From NCBI GenBank assembly GCA_017616895.1, contig JAFZXE010000027.1, forward strand, positions 18,438-82,437: a DNA stretch of 64,000 nucleotides, in the 5' to 3' direction. This DNA comes from Bacteroidales bacterium (GTDB taxonomy: Bacteria > Bacteroidota > Bacteroidia > Bacteroidales > P3). A program made the position numbers and the translations under genes. The notes under the pieces were generated by a model. That model had not been told where the DNA came from and did no database searches. It worked only from the letters and a program-made list of their open reading frames with translations. Below, in pieces: positions 38,163-45,467 of the stretch; the stretch's first letter is position 1; each line of letters begins with the position of its first letter.

Positions 38163-38201
38163 CTCGGGATTTGTAATCCCACCCTCAATATGGACTTCAC
38201 T

Positions 38202-38239
38202 CGGACTTCATACGGACCTGATTCGGACCTAGTCCCCTC
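38202..38239. repeat. tandem 11-nt word array (GACTTCACTCG, GACTTCATACG, GACCTGATTCG, GACC)
   Basis: Same word family and same internal order as 7870-7902. Confidence 0.85.
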
Positions 38240-38264
38240 AATATGTATATAAGTGGTGTTGATA

Positions 38265-38300
38265 ATAAGCAAAGCGAGGCTCCCGTGTGAGAGCCTCGCT
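38265..38300 (-). terminator. rho-independent terminator after sppA
   Basis: 10-bp stem AGCGAGGCTC / GAGCCTCGCT. On the minus strand it is followed by TTGCTTATT. Confidence 0.65.
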
Positions 38301-38304
38301 TCAT

Positions 38305-38350
38305 CTACTGCCAGCTAACCACTGGCCACTGATTACTGACCACTGATCAC
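38305..38350. repeat. word array CCACTGA(C/T) family
   Basis: CTACTGCCAGCTAACCACTGGCCACTGATTACTGACCACTGATCAC overlaps the sppA stop codon. A related CCACTGACCACTGAC is at 38088-38102. Confidence 0.85.
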
Positions 38351-40158
38351 TTAATCACTATCGAGTAGGGAAGTCTTGCCTGCATTGGTTCCATTGTAGC
38401 CCAGTAGTACATCTCCTCGTAGTTGGGGATGATGGCGCTTACGCGGGCACGTATCTTGGCTTCCTCGGTTTTGTCGCTGTTGAGAATTTTGTCGTACCAT
38501 TTCTTCTCGACCGAGTAGTTCTTCACGCTGTAGTCGCTGATGCCGGCTTTCTCGGCGGCGATGCTGACGGCTGTATAGAGCCCTCCAAGTGTATCGACCA
38601 AGCCGATCTTGATGGCGTCGGCGCCTGTCCAGACGCGTCCACGGGCGATGCTGTCAACGGACTCCACCTTCAGGTTGCGTCCAGTTGCCACACGTCCGAT
38701 GAAAGTCTTGTAGAAATCCTCGACGTTTTTCTGAAGGAGTGCGCGGGCGTCGTCGGAAAGCGGGCGGATACCGGTCATGCCGTTGCTGTTGCGGTTGGTG
38801 GCGACGGTGTCGGTGGTGATGCCGAGTTTGTTGCTCAGCAATCCGCTCACTTCGGGAATGGTGGCGAAGACGCCGATGGAACCTGTGATGGTGGTGGGTT
38901 GAGCAACGATGCAGTCGGCGTTGCACGAGATTTCATAGCCGGCAGAAGCAGCCAATCCGCTCATCGACACGATGAGAGGTTTTTCCTTCTTGGCACGCAT
39001 CACGGCGTCGGTCATGATTTCCGATGCTGTTACAGCGCCTCCCGGCGAGTTGACGCGAAGCACTATGGCTTTCACGTGCTTGTCGGCAGCGGCTTTGTCG
39101 AGAGCCTTGGCGATGTCGTCGCCAAAGACGGCCTGTTGGATACCGTTAGATTCGCCCGACACCACGTTGCCTTCGGCATAGATGACGGCGATGCGGTCTT
39201 TTGATTCTTTGGCTTTGATGCTCTTGGCGTATTTCGAGACAGTCACCATGCGTTTGCTGTCGTATTTCTCCTTGATGAAGGTCTTGATGCCGTTCTCAAA
39301 CTCGAGGTTGTCAACCAGGCGGCGAGCTTGAGCGTCGTCGGCAAGGACAGCCGAAAGGTTGTCGGCGTAGGCGTTGAGCGAGTCGGCCGGGATGCCGCGA
39401 GTTTCGGACATCTGTTCGACCACGTGGTTCCAGACGCTCACTATGTAGGCGCGAATCTGCTCGCGGTTAGATTCGCTCATGTGGTTCATGGTGTAGGTCT
39501 CGCCGGCGCTCTTGTAGGCGTTGTTTTGCGGACGGATAAGCTCGATTTTGACATCCAGCTTGTCGAGCAGGTCTTTATAGAACATCACGGTGGCACCGAT
39601 GCCGCGCCAATCGACCATACCGGCTGGGTGGAGCGAAATGCGGTCGGCTACCGAAGCCAGATATATGGCTGACTGGACGTAGGTGTCGGCGTATGCCACT
39701 ACGGGTTTGCCGCTTTCCTCCTTGAAGTCGATGAGCGCATTGCGGATCTCCTCGCTCTGAGCCCAGTCGGCGCCGCTGCCGCTACCGAAATAGAGGTAAA
39801 TGCCGCTGATTTTGGTGTCGGTCTTGGCGTTTTCGATGGCGGCGAGGATGTCGTCCATACCCATCGTCTCGTTGTCGGTGAATAATGAGGTCAACTCGTC
39901 GTCGTTGGCGTGTTCGGCGATGCTGTTGGTCATGTCCATCTTCAGGAACAGGTTGTTGCCCACGACGGTGGTGTCCTTGGTCATGCTCGACACGGCGGCC
40001 ACCAATCCAATCATGATGATAAACGCGATGATGTTGAAGATGAGAAATGCAAACACCACACCCAGCATGGATGCCAGAGTGGTTTTCCAGAATCCCATAG
40101 GCTTTTTCTCTTTCTTGGGTTTCTGTTCTTTTTTGGGTTTTTGAGTTTCTTCGCTCAT
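38347..40158 (-). CDS. sppA: signal peptide peptidase SppA, 67K type
   Basis: 603 aa with an N-terminal TM helix and two tandem ClpP/crotonase-like S49 domains (GGAVTASE, SMSGLAASAGYEIS). Confidence 0.9.
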   Translation of the reverse strand: MSEETQKPKKEQKPKKEKKPMGFWKTTLASMLGVVFAFLIFNIIAFIIMIGLVAAVSSMTKDTTVVGNNLFLKMDMTNSIAEHANDDELTSLFTDNETMGMDDILAAIENAKTDTKISGIYLYFGSGSGADWAQSEEIRNALIDFKEESGKPVVAYADTYVQSAIYLASVADRISLHPAGMVDWRGIGATVMFYKDLLDKLDVKIELIRPQNNAYKSAGETYTMNHMSESNREQIRAYIVSVWNHVVEQMSETRGIPADSLNAYADNLSAVLADDAQARRLVDNLEFENGIKTFIKEKYDSKRMVTVSKYAKSIKAKESKDRIAVIYAEGNVVSGESNGIQQAVFGDDIAKALDKAAADKHVKAIVLRVNSPGGAVTASEIMTDAVMRAKKEKPLIVSMSGLAASAGYEISCNADCIVAQPTTITGSIGVFATIPEVSGLLSNKLGITTDTVATNRNSNGMTGIRPLSDDARALLQKNVEDFYKTFIGRVATGRNLKVESVDSIARGRVWTGADAIKIGLVDTLGGLYTAVSIAAEKAGISDYSVKNYSVEKKWYDKILNSDKTEEAKIRARVSAIIPNYEEMYYWATMEPMQARLPYSIVIK

Positions 40159-40176
40159 AGGGGGGTATTGTTTAAT

Positions 40177-40258
40177 GTTGATATGTTTATGTTGATATGA
40201 TTATTGTTGATATGTTGATATGTCCAATAAGTCTAATGGGTCTTATAAGTCTAATGGG
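40177..40258. repeat. word array (GTTGATATG x5; TAAGTCTAATGGG x2)
   Basis: GTTGATATGTTTATGTTGATATGATTATTGTTGATATGTTGATATG, then TCCAATAAGTCTAATGGGTCTTATAAGTCTAATGGG. The 15-mer ATAAGTCTAATGGGT is shared with 21419-21433. Confidence 0.9.
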
Positions 40259-40295
40259 TTTTGTATTATGTCGGATGTTTTATGATTACAGGTTG

Positions 40296-40303
40296 CAAAG
40301 ATA
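40296..40303 (-). promoter_or_regulatory. Bacteroidota -7 box (TATCTTTG on minus strand)
   Basis: The plus strand reads CAAAGATA, 138 nt upstream of the sppA ATG. Confidence 0.45.
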
Positions 40304-40316
40304 TTCAAAAAAAACG

Positions 40317-40324
40317 TATCTTTG
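40317..40324 (+). promoter_or_regulatory. Bacteroidota -7 box (TATCTTTG)
   Basis: Lies 71 nt upstream of the ATG at 40395 and is divergent from the sppA promoter. Confidence 0.55.
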
Positions 40325-40338
40325 CATTTTATTTTTAT

Positions 40339-40394
40339 CACTACTAATTAGTGATTAGTAACCAGTAGTCAGTAAAACATATCAACAACAAAAT
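40339..40394. repeat. word array (ACTAATTAGTGATTAGTAACCAGTAGTCAGTAA; CATATCAAC)
   Basis: Read directly. It occupies the leader of the 40395 gene. Confidence 0.75.
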
Positions 40395-40832
40395 ATGAAA
40401 CGTATAACTATTCTTTTCGCTTTGGCCGCTGTGGCGGTAATGTTTCTCTGCACCGCTTCATCGCGCCGTGAGCCGTACGATTTCAACGGCACCTGGGTGG
40501 TCGGCACCGCCGACGGCGCCCGTTTCGGGGGCGAGCTCTATTTCTATGTGAAACTCAAGCAGGATGGCGAGCAGCTCACCGGCACCTACTATTCCATAAG
40601 CCAGAAAAACGCCCGTCGCGACGTGAATCCGGCCAACACCGTGCGTGGCTATGCGAAGAAAAAATACGCCGTTATCGAGTTCAGCAGCGCCGAGTGGGGT
40701 GGGGGTGGAGTTGCCGAACTGCGCCCGATAGACAAGAACACCATCTCGTGGCACATAGAATCGGAGAAGAAGGTGGGCAACGCCGACTTCGGCCATTGGG
40801 CTCCCAACCGCGCACGATTGACGAGGCAATGA
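40395..40832 (+). CDS. hypothetical secreted protein
   Basis: 145 aa with a signal peptide. No recognisable domain. Confidence 0.5.
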   Translation: MKRITILFALAAVAVMFLCTASSRREPYDFNGTWVVGTADGARFGGELYFYVKLKQDGEQLTGTYYSISQKNARRDVNPANTVRGYAKKKYAVIEFSSAEWGGGGVAELRPIDKNTISWHIESEKKVGNADFGHWAPNRARLTRQ

Positions 40833-40837
40833 GTTTC

Positions 40838-40944
40838 AGGTTTTAAGCTGTAAGCTGTAAGTTTTAAGTGCACAGCAGTCAGCAGAAACTTTCTGGTCAC
40901 AGGTCACAGATCACTAATCACTATTGTCAATTCACTATTCACAA
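40838..40944. repeat. composite word array (GCTGTAAGTTTTAAG; CAGCAGTCAGCAG; GGTCACAGGTCACAGATCAC; ATTCACTATTCACAA)
   Basis: Four word families in a row. It shares 15-mers with 18133-18162 and words with 13825-13845, 28665-28696 and 25917-25935. Confidence 0.95.
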
Positions 40945-40968
40945 AAATCATACAAAATTAATTCATAA

Positions 40969-43029
40969 ATGAAAAAAACACTCTTAACTATTGCAACTAT
41001 GGCACTTCTTGCGACAGCTTGCAACCACAAGGCAAAGACCGAAGCACCACAGCTCGGTTCGGGCATCGACCCCAGCTATCTCGACACCACAGCCAACTTG
41101 GCCGACGATTTCTACCGCTACGCTTGTGGCGGCTGGCTCGACGCCAATCCGTTGAAACCTGAATACAGCCGCTACGGTTCGTTCGACAAGCTGGCTGAGA
41201 CCAACCAGGAGCAGCTGCGTGGACTTATCGACTCGGTGAGTGCCGCTCAGAACGAGAAAGGCTCTATCTCCGACAAGATAGCCACCCTCTACAACATCGG
41301 TATGGATTCCGTGAAACTCAACCAGCAGGGCGCTGAGCCTATACAGGAACTCCTGAAAGGTATAGCCGCCGTCAACAGCCGCGAGGCTCTCGCTGCCAAG
41401 GTTGCCGAACTGCACCATATCGGCATCGACCCCTTCTTCGGTGTCATGAACGAAGCCGACCCCGACAACAGCAAGATGCAGATGGCTTGGCTGTGGCAGA
41501 CGGGCCTCGGCATGGGCGACCGCGACTACTATCTTGAAAAAAACAACGCCGACAAGCGCGAGAAATATCAGCAGCTCATAGCCAAAGAGATGGTGATGGC
41601 CGGCTACGACAAGATGTCCTCCTTCGCCGGTGGTGGCGACGTCATCGCCAAGATGGTCATGGGCGTCGAAACCCGTCTCGCCAAGGCTCAGTATGACAAG
41701 CTGAAAAACCGCGACCCGCACGCCACTCTTCACAAGATGACCCTCGACGAGCTCAAGAAGACGGCTCCCGCTGTCGCCTTCGACAAATACTTCAGCGAGA
41801 TGGGCCTTCCCAATATCAAGAATATGAATGTCGGACAGCCCGAATACATCGCCGAAGTCTCCAAGGTGCTCGCCACCGAGAACATGGAGTCGGTAAAAGC
41901 CTACCTGGCTTGGAATGTGGTAAACACCGCCGCTGCCTACCTCAGCGACGACTTCGTGCAGGCCAATTTCGAGTTCTTCGGCAAGACGATGTCTGGTCAG
42001 GAGCAGATGCGTCCCCGCTGGAAACGCGTCACCTCCACCGTCAACGGCGCTATGAGCGAGGCACTCGGCCAGCTCTATGTTGCCAAATATTTCCCGCCAG
42101 AGGCTAAAGAGCGTATGGTCACCCTCGTGGGCAACCTCAAGGATGCTTTCGCCGTGCGTATCGACGGAGCCAACTGGATGGACCCCGAAACCAAGGAGAA
42201 AGCCAAGGAAAAACTCGCCGCCATACTCGTAAAGGTCGGCTATCCCGACAAGTGGCGCGACTACAGCAAGCTTGAAATCGCCGACGACAGCTATTTCGCC
42301 AACGTGCTTCGCAGCAACCGCTTCGATGTTGACTATATGATGGGCAAAATCGACAAGGAGACCGACCGCAACGAGTGGCAGATGCCTCCCCAGATGGTCA
42401 ACGCCTACTACAACCCCACCACCAACGAGATCTGCTTCCCCGCAGCCATCCTTCAGCCGCCATTCTTCAACATGAACGCCGACGATGCAGCCAACTACGG
42501 TGCCATCGGAGTTGTGATTGGACACGAGATGACCCACGGCTTCGACGACCAAGGTCACGAATATGACAAAGACGGAAACCTCAACAACTGGTGGAAAGAG
42601 AGCGACGCCGAGAACTTCAAGACCAACGCGCAGGTGCTCATCGACCACTTCAACGGCATCAAGGTGCTCGACAACCCCGAGACCTTCGCCAACGGACAGT
42701 TCTGTCTGGGTGAGAACATCGCCGACAACGGTGGATTGCACATCAGCTACGTGGCCATGCAGAAAGCCCTTGAGAAGCAGCAGGTCAACGCCGAGAAGAT
42801 GGACGGTTTCACTCCCGCACAACGTTTCTTCCTCGCATACGCCGCAGTATGGGCAAGCAATATCCGCGACGAAGAGATTGTGCGCCTCACCGCTATGGAT
42901 GTCCACTCGCTGGCTAAATGGCGTGTGAACGGCACTCTGCCTCACGTCACCGAGTTCATCGAAGCCTTCGGCATCAAGGAAGGCGACAAGATGTACCTCG
43001 CACCCGAAAAACGAGTTACCCTCTGGTAA
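40969..43029 (+). CDS. M13-family zinc metallopeptidase (PepO / endothelin-converting-enzyme-like)
   Basis: 686 aa lipoprotein with HEMTHGFD (HExxH) and GENIADNGG (ExxxD region), both typical of neprilysin-family enzymes. Confidence 0.9.
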   Translation: MKKTLLTIATMALLATACNHKAKTEAPQLGSGIDPSYLDTTANLADDFYRYACGGWLDANPLKPEYSRYGSFDKLAETNQEQLRGLIDSVSAAQNEKGSISDKIATLYNIGMDSVKLNQQGAEPIQELLKGIAAVNSREALAAKVAELHHIGIDPFFGVMNEADPDNSKMQMAWLWQTGLGMGDRDYYLEKNNADKREKYQQLIAKEMVMAGYDKMSSFAGGGDVIAKMVMGVETRLAKAQYDKLKNRDPHATLHKMTLDELKKTAPAVAFDKYFSEMGLPNIKNMNVGQPEYIAEVSKVLATENMESVKAYLAWNVVNTAAAYLSDDFVQANFEFFGKTMSGQEQMRPRWKRVTSTVNGAMSEALGQLYVAKYFPPEAKERMVTLVGNLKDAFAVRIDGANWMDPETKEKAKEKLAAILVKVGYPDKWRDYSKLEIADDSYFANVLRSNRFDVDYMMGKIDKETDRNEWQMPPQMVNAYYNPTTNEICFPAAILQPPFFNMNADDAANYGAIGVVIGHEMTHGFDDQGHEYDKDGNLNNWWKESDAENFKTNAQVLIDHFNGIKVLDNPETFANGQFCLGENIADNGGLHISYVAMQKALEKQQVNAEKMDGFTPAQRFFLAYAAVWASNIRDEEIVRLTAMDVHSLAKWRVNGTLPHVTEFIEAFGIKEGDKMYLAPEKRVTLW

Positions 43030-43056
43030 GAGTTTTTGAGGAAGAACTGAATTTGA

Positions 43057-43092
43057 AAAGCGGGCGGCCGGTTGGTTGCCCGCTTCTTCTTT
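43057..43092. terminator. bidirectional rho-independent terminator between convergent genes
   Basis: Stem AAGCGGGC / GCCCGCTT. It is flanked by TTTTC-rich sequence downstream on the plus strand and by TTTTCAAA on the minus strand. Confidence 0.7.
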
Positions 43093-43121
43093 TCAATATG
43101 GCACGTCGTCGAACGTTGTCT

Positions 43122-44087
43122 CTATAATGGACCGTTGTTTCCGTTCATCCAATATCTTGCGGAGTTTCTATATTCCTCGTCCATGAAGCCGTCGCACCAT
43201 TGGCTTGTGGCCACGTTCCACGAGATGCAGTTCAGTGCTCCGCCTTTGCGCACGGCTTCTAATGCGGGAATGCCGATAACCTTGCTGGCAGGCATTGCAT
43301 CGGAGATCTGTCTCAGAGCCTGCTCGTCTTCTGGTATGCCCAGTTGCGGCACAAGCACGAGTCTTCCGATCTTCAGGAAGTTGATGTAAGCCCAGCTGCG
43401 TAGATGCTTGCGCTTCACGTTGTAAGTCAGCGGTATCACTTCTAAGAAGTTCTTCAGAATACGTGTGTATCGGCGAGCCATCGCCGCGTCGAAATCGGCA
43501 TAGTTGGTCATCAGCACACGGTTATTGCCGATATAGTGGACGATGCCGTCGCTGTGGCCGAGAAACTCATTTCTATCCCAGGGCAGGAAGATGATTTCGC
43601 TTTGGAAGGTGTCTTCGAGCATCTGCTGGGTTTGTTTGCGCGACTTGCCTTTGTTCTCGAAGAACACCTTCTCGGTCATCACGATTTTGTCGCTGCATTT
43701 CACGATGTTGCCGCTGTCGAGAACGAGGTCGAGGTCAATGGCTTCGCCGTCTTGTCGAAGACGGTCGATGTTTGCCACGCGGTTTGTGTCGGTGATTGTG
43801 CGCAGTAGGTGCTTGGGTTGCAGGTAGTCGGGGTTGTATTTGTAGAAAACGAAACGTTTCTCAGCCGTCTGTATGGGCATATAGTCGCGACACCAGATGT
43901 CGCGGGTGCCCGCCAGCAGCCGATGTTCGATGTTATTGTCCTTAAGCGTCTGGCTTATGCACCGGTACAACTCCGGACACCGATCGGGCAGCAAGTCCGA
44001 GAAGAAAACGGTGTCGGTTAGAAGGTCGGTGATAAGATTGCTGTGGTATCGGCCGTAGATGGTGTTCCAGTGGGAGGTGTTGGTCAT
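43122..44087 (-). CDS. agmatine deiminase / Porphyromonas-type peptidylarginine deiminase family protein (guanidino-group modifying enzyme fold)
   Basis: 321 aa with DIWCRDYMPIQ (family pattern D-x-W-x-RD), LDSGN, GHSDGIVHY and a C-terminal GGALNCISW holding the putative catalytic Cys (family pattern GGxxHCxT). Shorter than canonical agmatine deiminases. Confidence 0.65.
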   Translation of the reverse strand: MTNTSHWNTIYGRYHSNLITDLLTDTVFFSDLLPDRCPELYRCISQTLKDNNIEHRLLAGTRDIWCRDYMPIQTAEKRFVFYKYNPDYLQPKHLLRTITDTNRVANIDRLRQDGEAIDLDLVLDSGNIVKCSDKIVMTEKVFFENKGKSRKQTQQMLEDTFQSEIIFLPWDRNEFLGHSDGIVHYIGNNRVLMTNYADFDAAMARRYTRILKNFLEVIPLTYNVKRKHLRSWAYINFLKIGRLVLVPQLGIPEDEQALRQISDAMPASKVIGIPALEAVRKGGALNCISWNVATSQWCDGFMDEEYRNSARYWMNGNNGPL

Positions 44088-44767
44088 GATTTTTTTATTG
44101 ATGACGGTACATATCCAAGATGTTCTTTTGCAAATGCCAAAGCCTCATCATTAGACATATTGTCTAATTGTATTTTCTCGATAATCAAATTCTCTTTGGC
44201 TGGATATTTATTTTTTCTAAATCCTTCGTCTAATGCTACAGCACGAAGTTTGATATTGCGGTATTCCTCAAAAACTGTTTTCCCAAGGTTTATTCTATTG
44301 GAAAATAAAACGTCGCAGGTGGTGTCGTTAGGAATAGGTTCTATTTTAACACTTTCGATTTCATCGAATTCGAGTCCACAAGAAGCCTCTATGGCCTTAA
44401 GTACTTTATGCGGCCCGACTATTGGCTCTCCATTTTTCACAACGGCGCTTCTTATAAGATACGAGTAATAAATATTATCCTTATCACTAACAACAAAATC
44501 TATACCTGGATAGTTTCCACCTTTGTATGGGTCGCTTTTCACCATGCCCCACCGATGTATATAAAAGTGATTCTTGTTGTGCTGTTGTAATTCATTTTTA
44601 TGAACAGAATTGTCTTCAAACACACCTTTTTCGTAATAGTAAACCTCAATTTCTTTGGGTTCGATGATAATACCATTCAAAGACAGTTTAATTGTCGTAA
44701 GGAATCGTTTAGCACCATCTTGAAGTTTTTTGATTTGTTCTTGCTGACATTGTTTAAGTTCTTTCAT
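44084..44767 (-). CDS. hypothetical protein (227 aa), low G+C; possible distant AAG/MPG-type DNA glycosylase fold
   Basis: I chose the ATG at 44767 (MKELKQ), which has a -7 box 33 nt upstream. The stop overlaps the deiminase ATG (ATGA). Motifs EIEVYYY, LIRSAVV and VGPHKVLKA loosely parallel ETEAY, LLRA and GPxKLxxA of 3-methyladenine glycosylase II. This comparison is from memory and is weak. Confidence 0.55.
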   Translation of the reverse strand: MKELKQCQQEQIKKLQDGAKRFLTTIKLSLNGIIIEPKEIEVYYYEKGVFEDNSVHKNELQQHNKNHFYIHRWGMVKSDPYKGGNYPGIDFVVSDKDNIYYSYLIRSAVVKNGEPIVGPHKVLKAIEASCGLEFDEIESVKIEPIPNDTTCDVLFSNRINLGKTVFEEYRNIKLRAVALDEGFRKNKYPAKENLIIEKIQLDNMSNDEALAFAKEHLGYVPSSIKKS

Positions 44768-44799
44768 AATTGTATGTTTTAGAGTTAATAATTCAAGTG

Positions 44800-44807
44800 C
44801 AAAGGTA
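44800..44807 (-). promoter_or_regulatory. Bacteroidota -7 box (TACCTTTG on minus strand)
   Basis: The plus strand reads CAAAGGTA, 33 nt upstream of the minus-strand ATG at 44767. Confidence 0.6.
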
Positions 44808-45042
44808 TAACTGAAAATTGGAGCGACCAAACTTCTTTTGTTAAAAACGGTTAAAGATTTTGAAAAAGTTATTTATGTTTTTTTGTTTGTTAATAGTTTG
44901 ATTTATTGTTTGTTTTGGATATGGGGGATGGGGTGGGTGGTTGTGTTTGCAAAGATACAATCTCGACATTGCGGTTTAGGAATGAATTGGCTGATGGTTT
45001 TTCATTTTCTTTGAATGGGTTGAATATTAGTTGATTGGTGAT

Positions 45043-45131
45043 GGAAGTTATGGGAGTTATGGGAACAATGAGAATCGTGAGAGGGTACAGGGAGGATATT
45101 GGGAGTTTATACGGAGTTTCTTGGGAGTTTC
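45043..45131. repeat. word array GGGAGTT family
   Basis: GGAAGTTATGGGAGTTATGGGAAC ... GGGAGGATATTGGGAGTTTATACGGAGTTTCTTGGGAGTTTC. It contains the 21-mer shared with 33929-33949. Confidence 0.9.
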
Positions 45132-45261
45132 TTTTTTGGGGGGATTTCGTTTGGTGACAACGAGTTGAATGAAGGTTTGGAAATTGGGTGTGAATCAGTG
45201 TTTTCTGAGAAATGTTGAAAGAAAAATGGCTTGGGATTCGTAAACCGCAACGGGGATGTTG

Positions 45262-45269
45262 TATCTTTG
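45262..45269 (+). promoter_or_regulatory. additional -7 box (TATCTTTG) far upstream of korA
   Basis: Lies 199 nt upstream of the korA ATG. It may be a second promoter or the start of a short transcript. Confidence 0.35.
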
Positions 45270-45414
45270 CAGTCGGGAATGGGAGATGCGAGAAACGGGT
45301 GAGAGGTCAATATATCAACATGTTAACCTGCTGATTTTGCGATTGATTTAATGGGTTGTTGAAATGTTGTGGGAAATAAAGGCGTGGGAACGTCAAAACA
45401 CCGAAAAAAAGTTG

Positions 45415-45422
45415 TACATTTG
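45415..45422 (+). promoter_or_regulatory. Bacteroidota -7 box (TACATTTG)
   Basis: Lies 46 nt upstream of the korA ATG. Confidence 0.6.
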
Positions 45423-45467
45423 CAACTCATTTAGCAAACAAAAATATTAACAAATAACAATATACAA

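Noticed and set aside
44923-44940. Possible G-quadruplex, GGGGGATGGGGTGGGTGG.
   Set aside because: It has only three runs of three or more G plus a GG, so it is not a canonical four-run G4. It is noted only as part of the G/T-skewed spacer.
45107-45310. 67-aa minus-strand ORF in the large korA upstream spacer.
   Set aside because: It is P/S-rich and low-complexity. It overlaps the GGGAGTT array and a plus-strand promoter box, and has no promoter or start context of its own.
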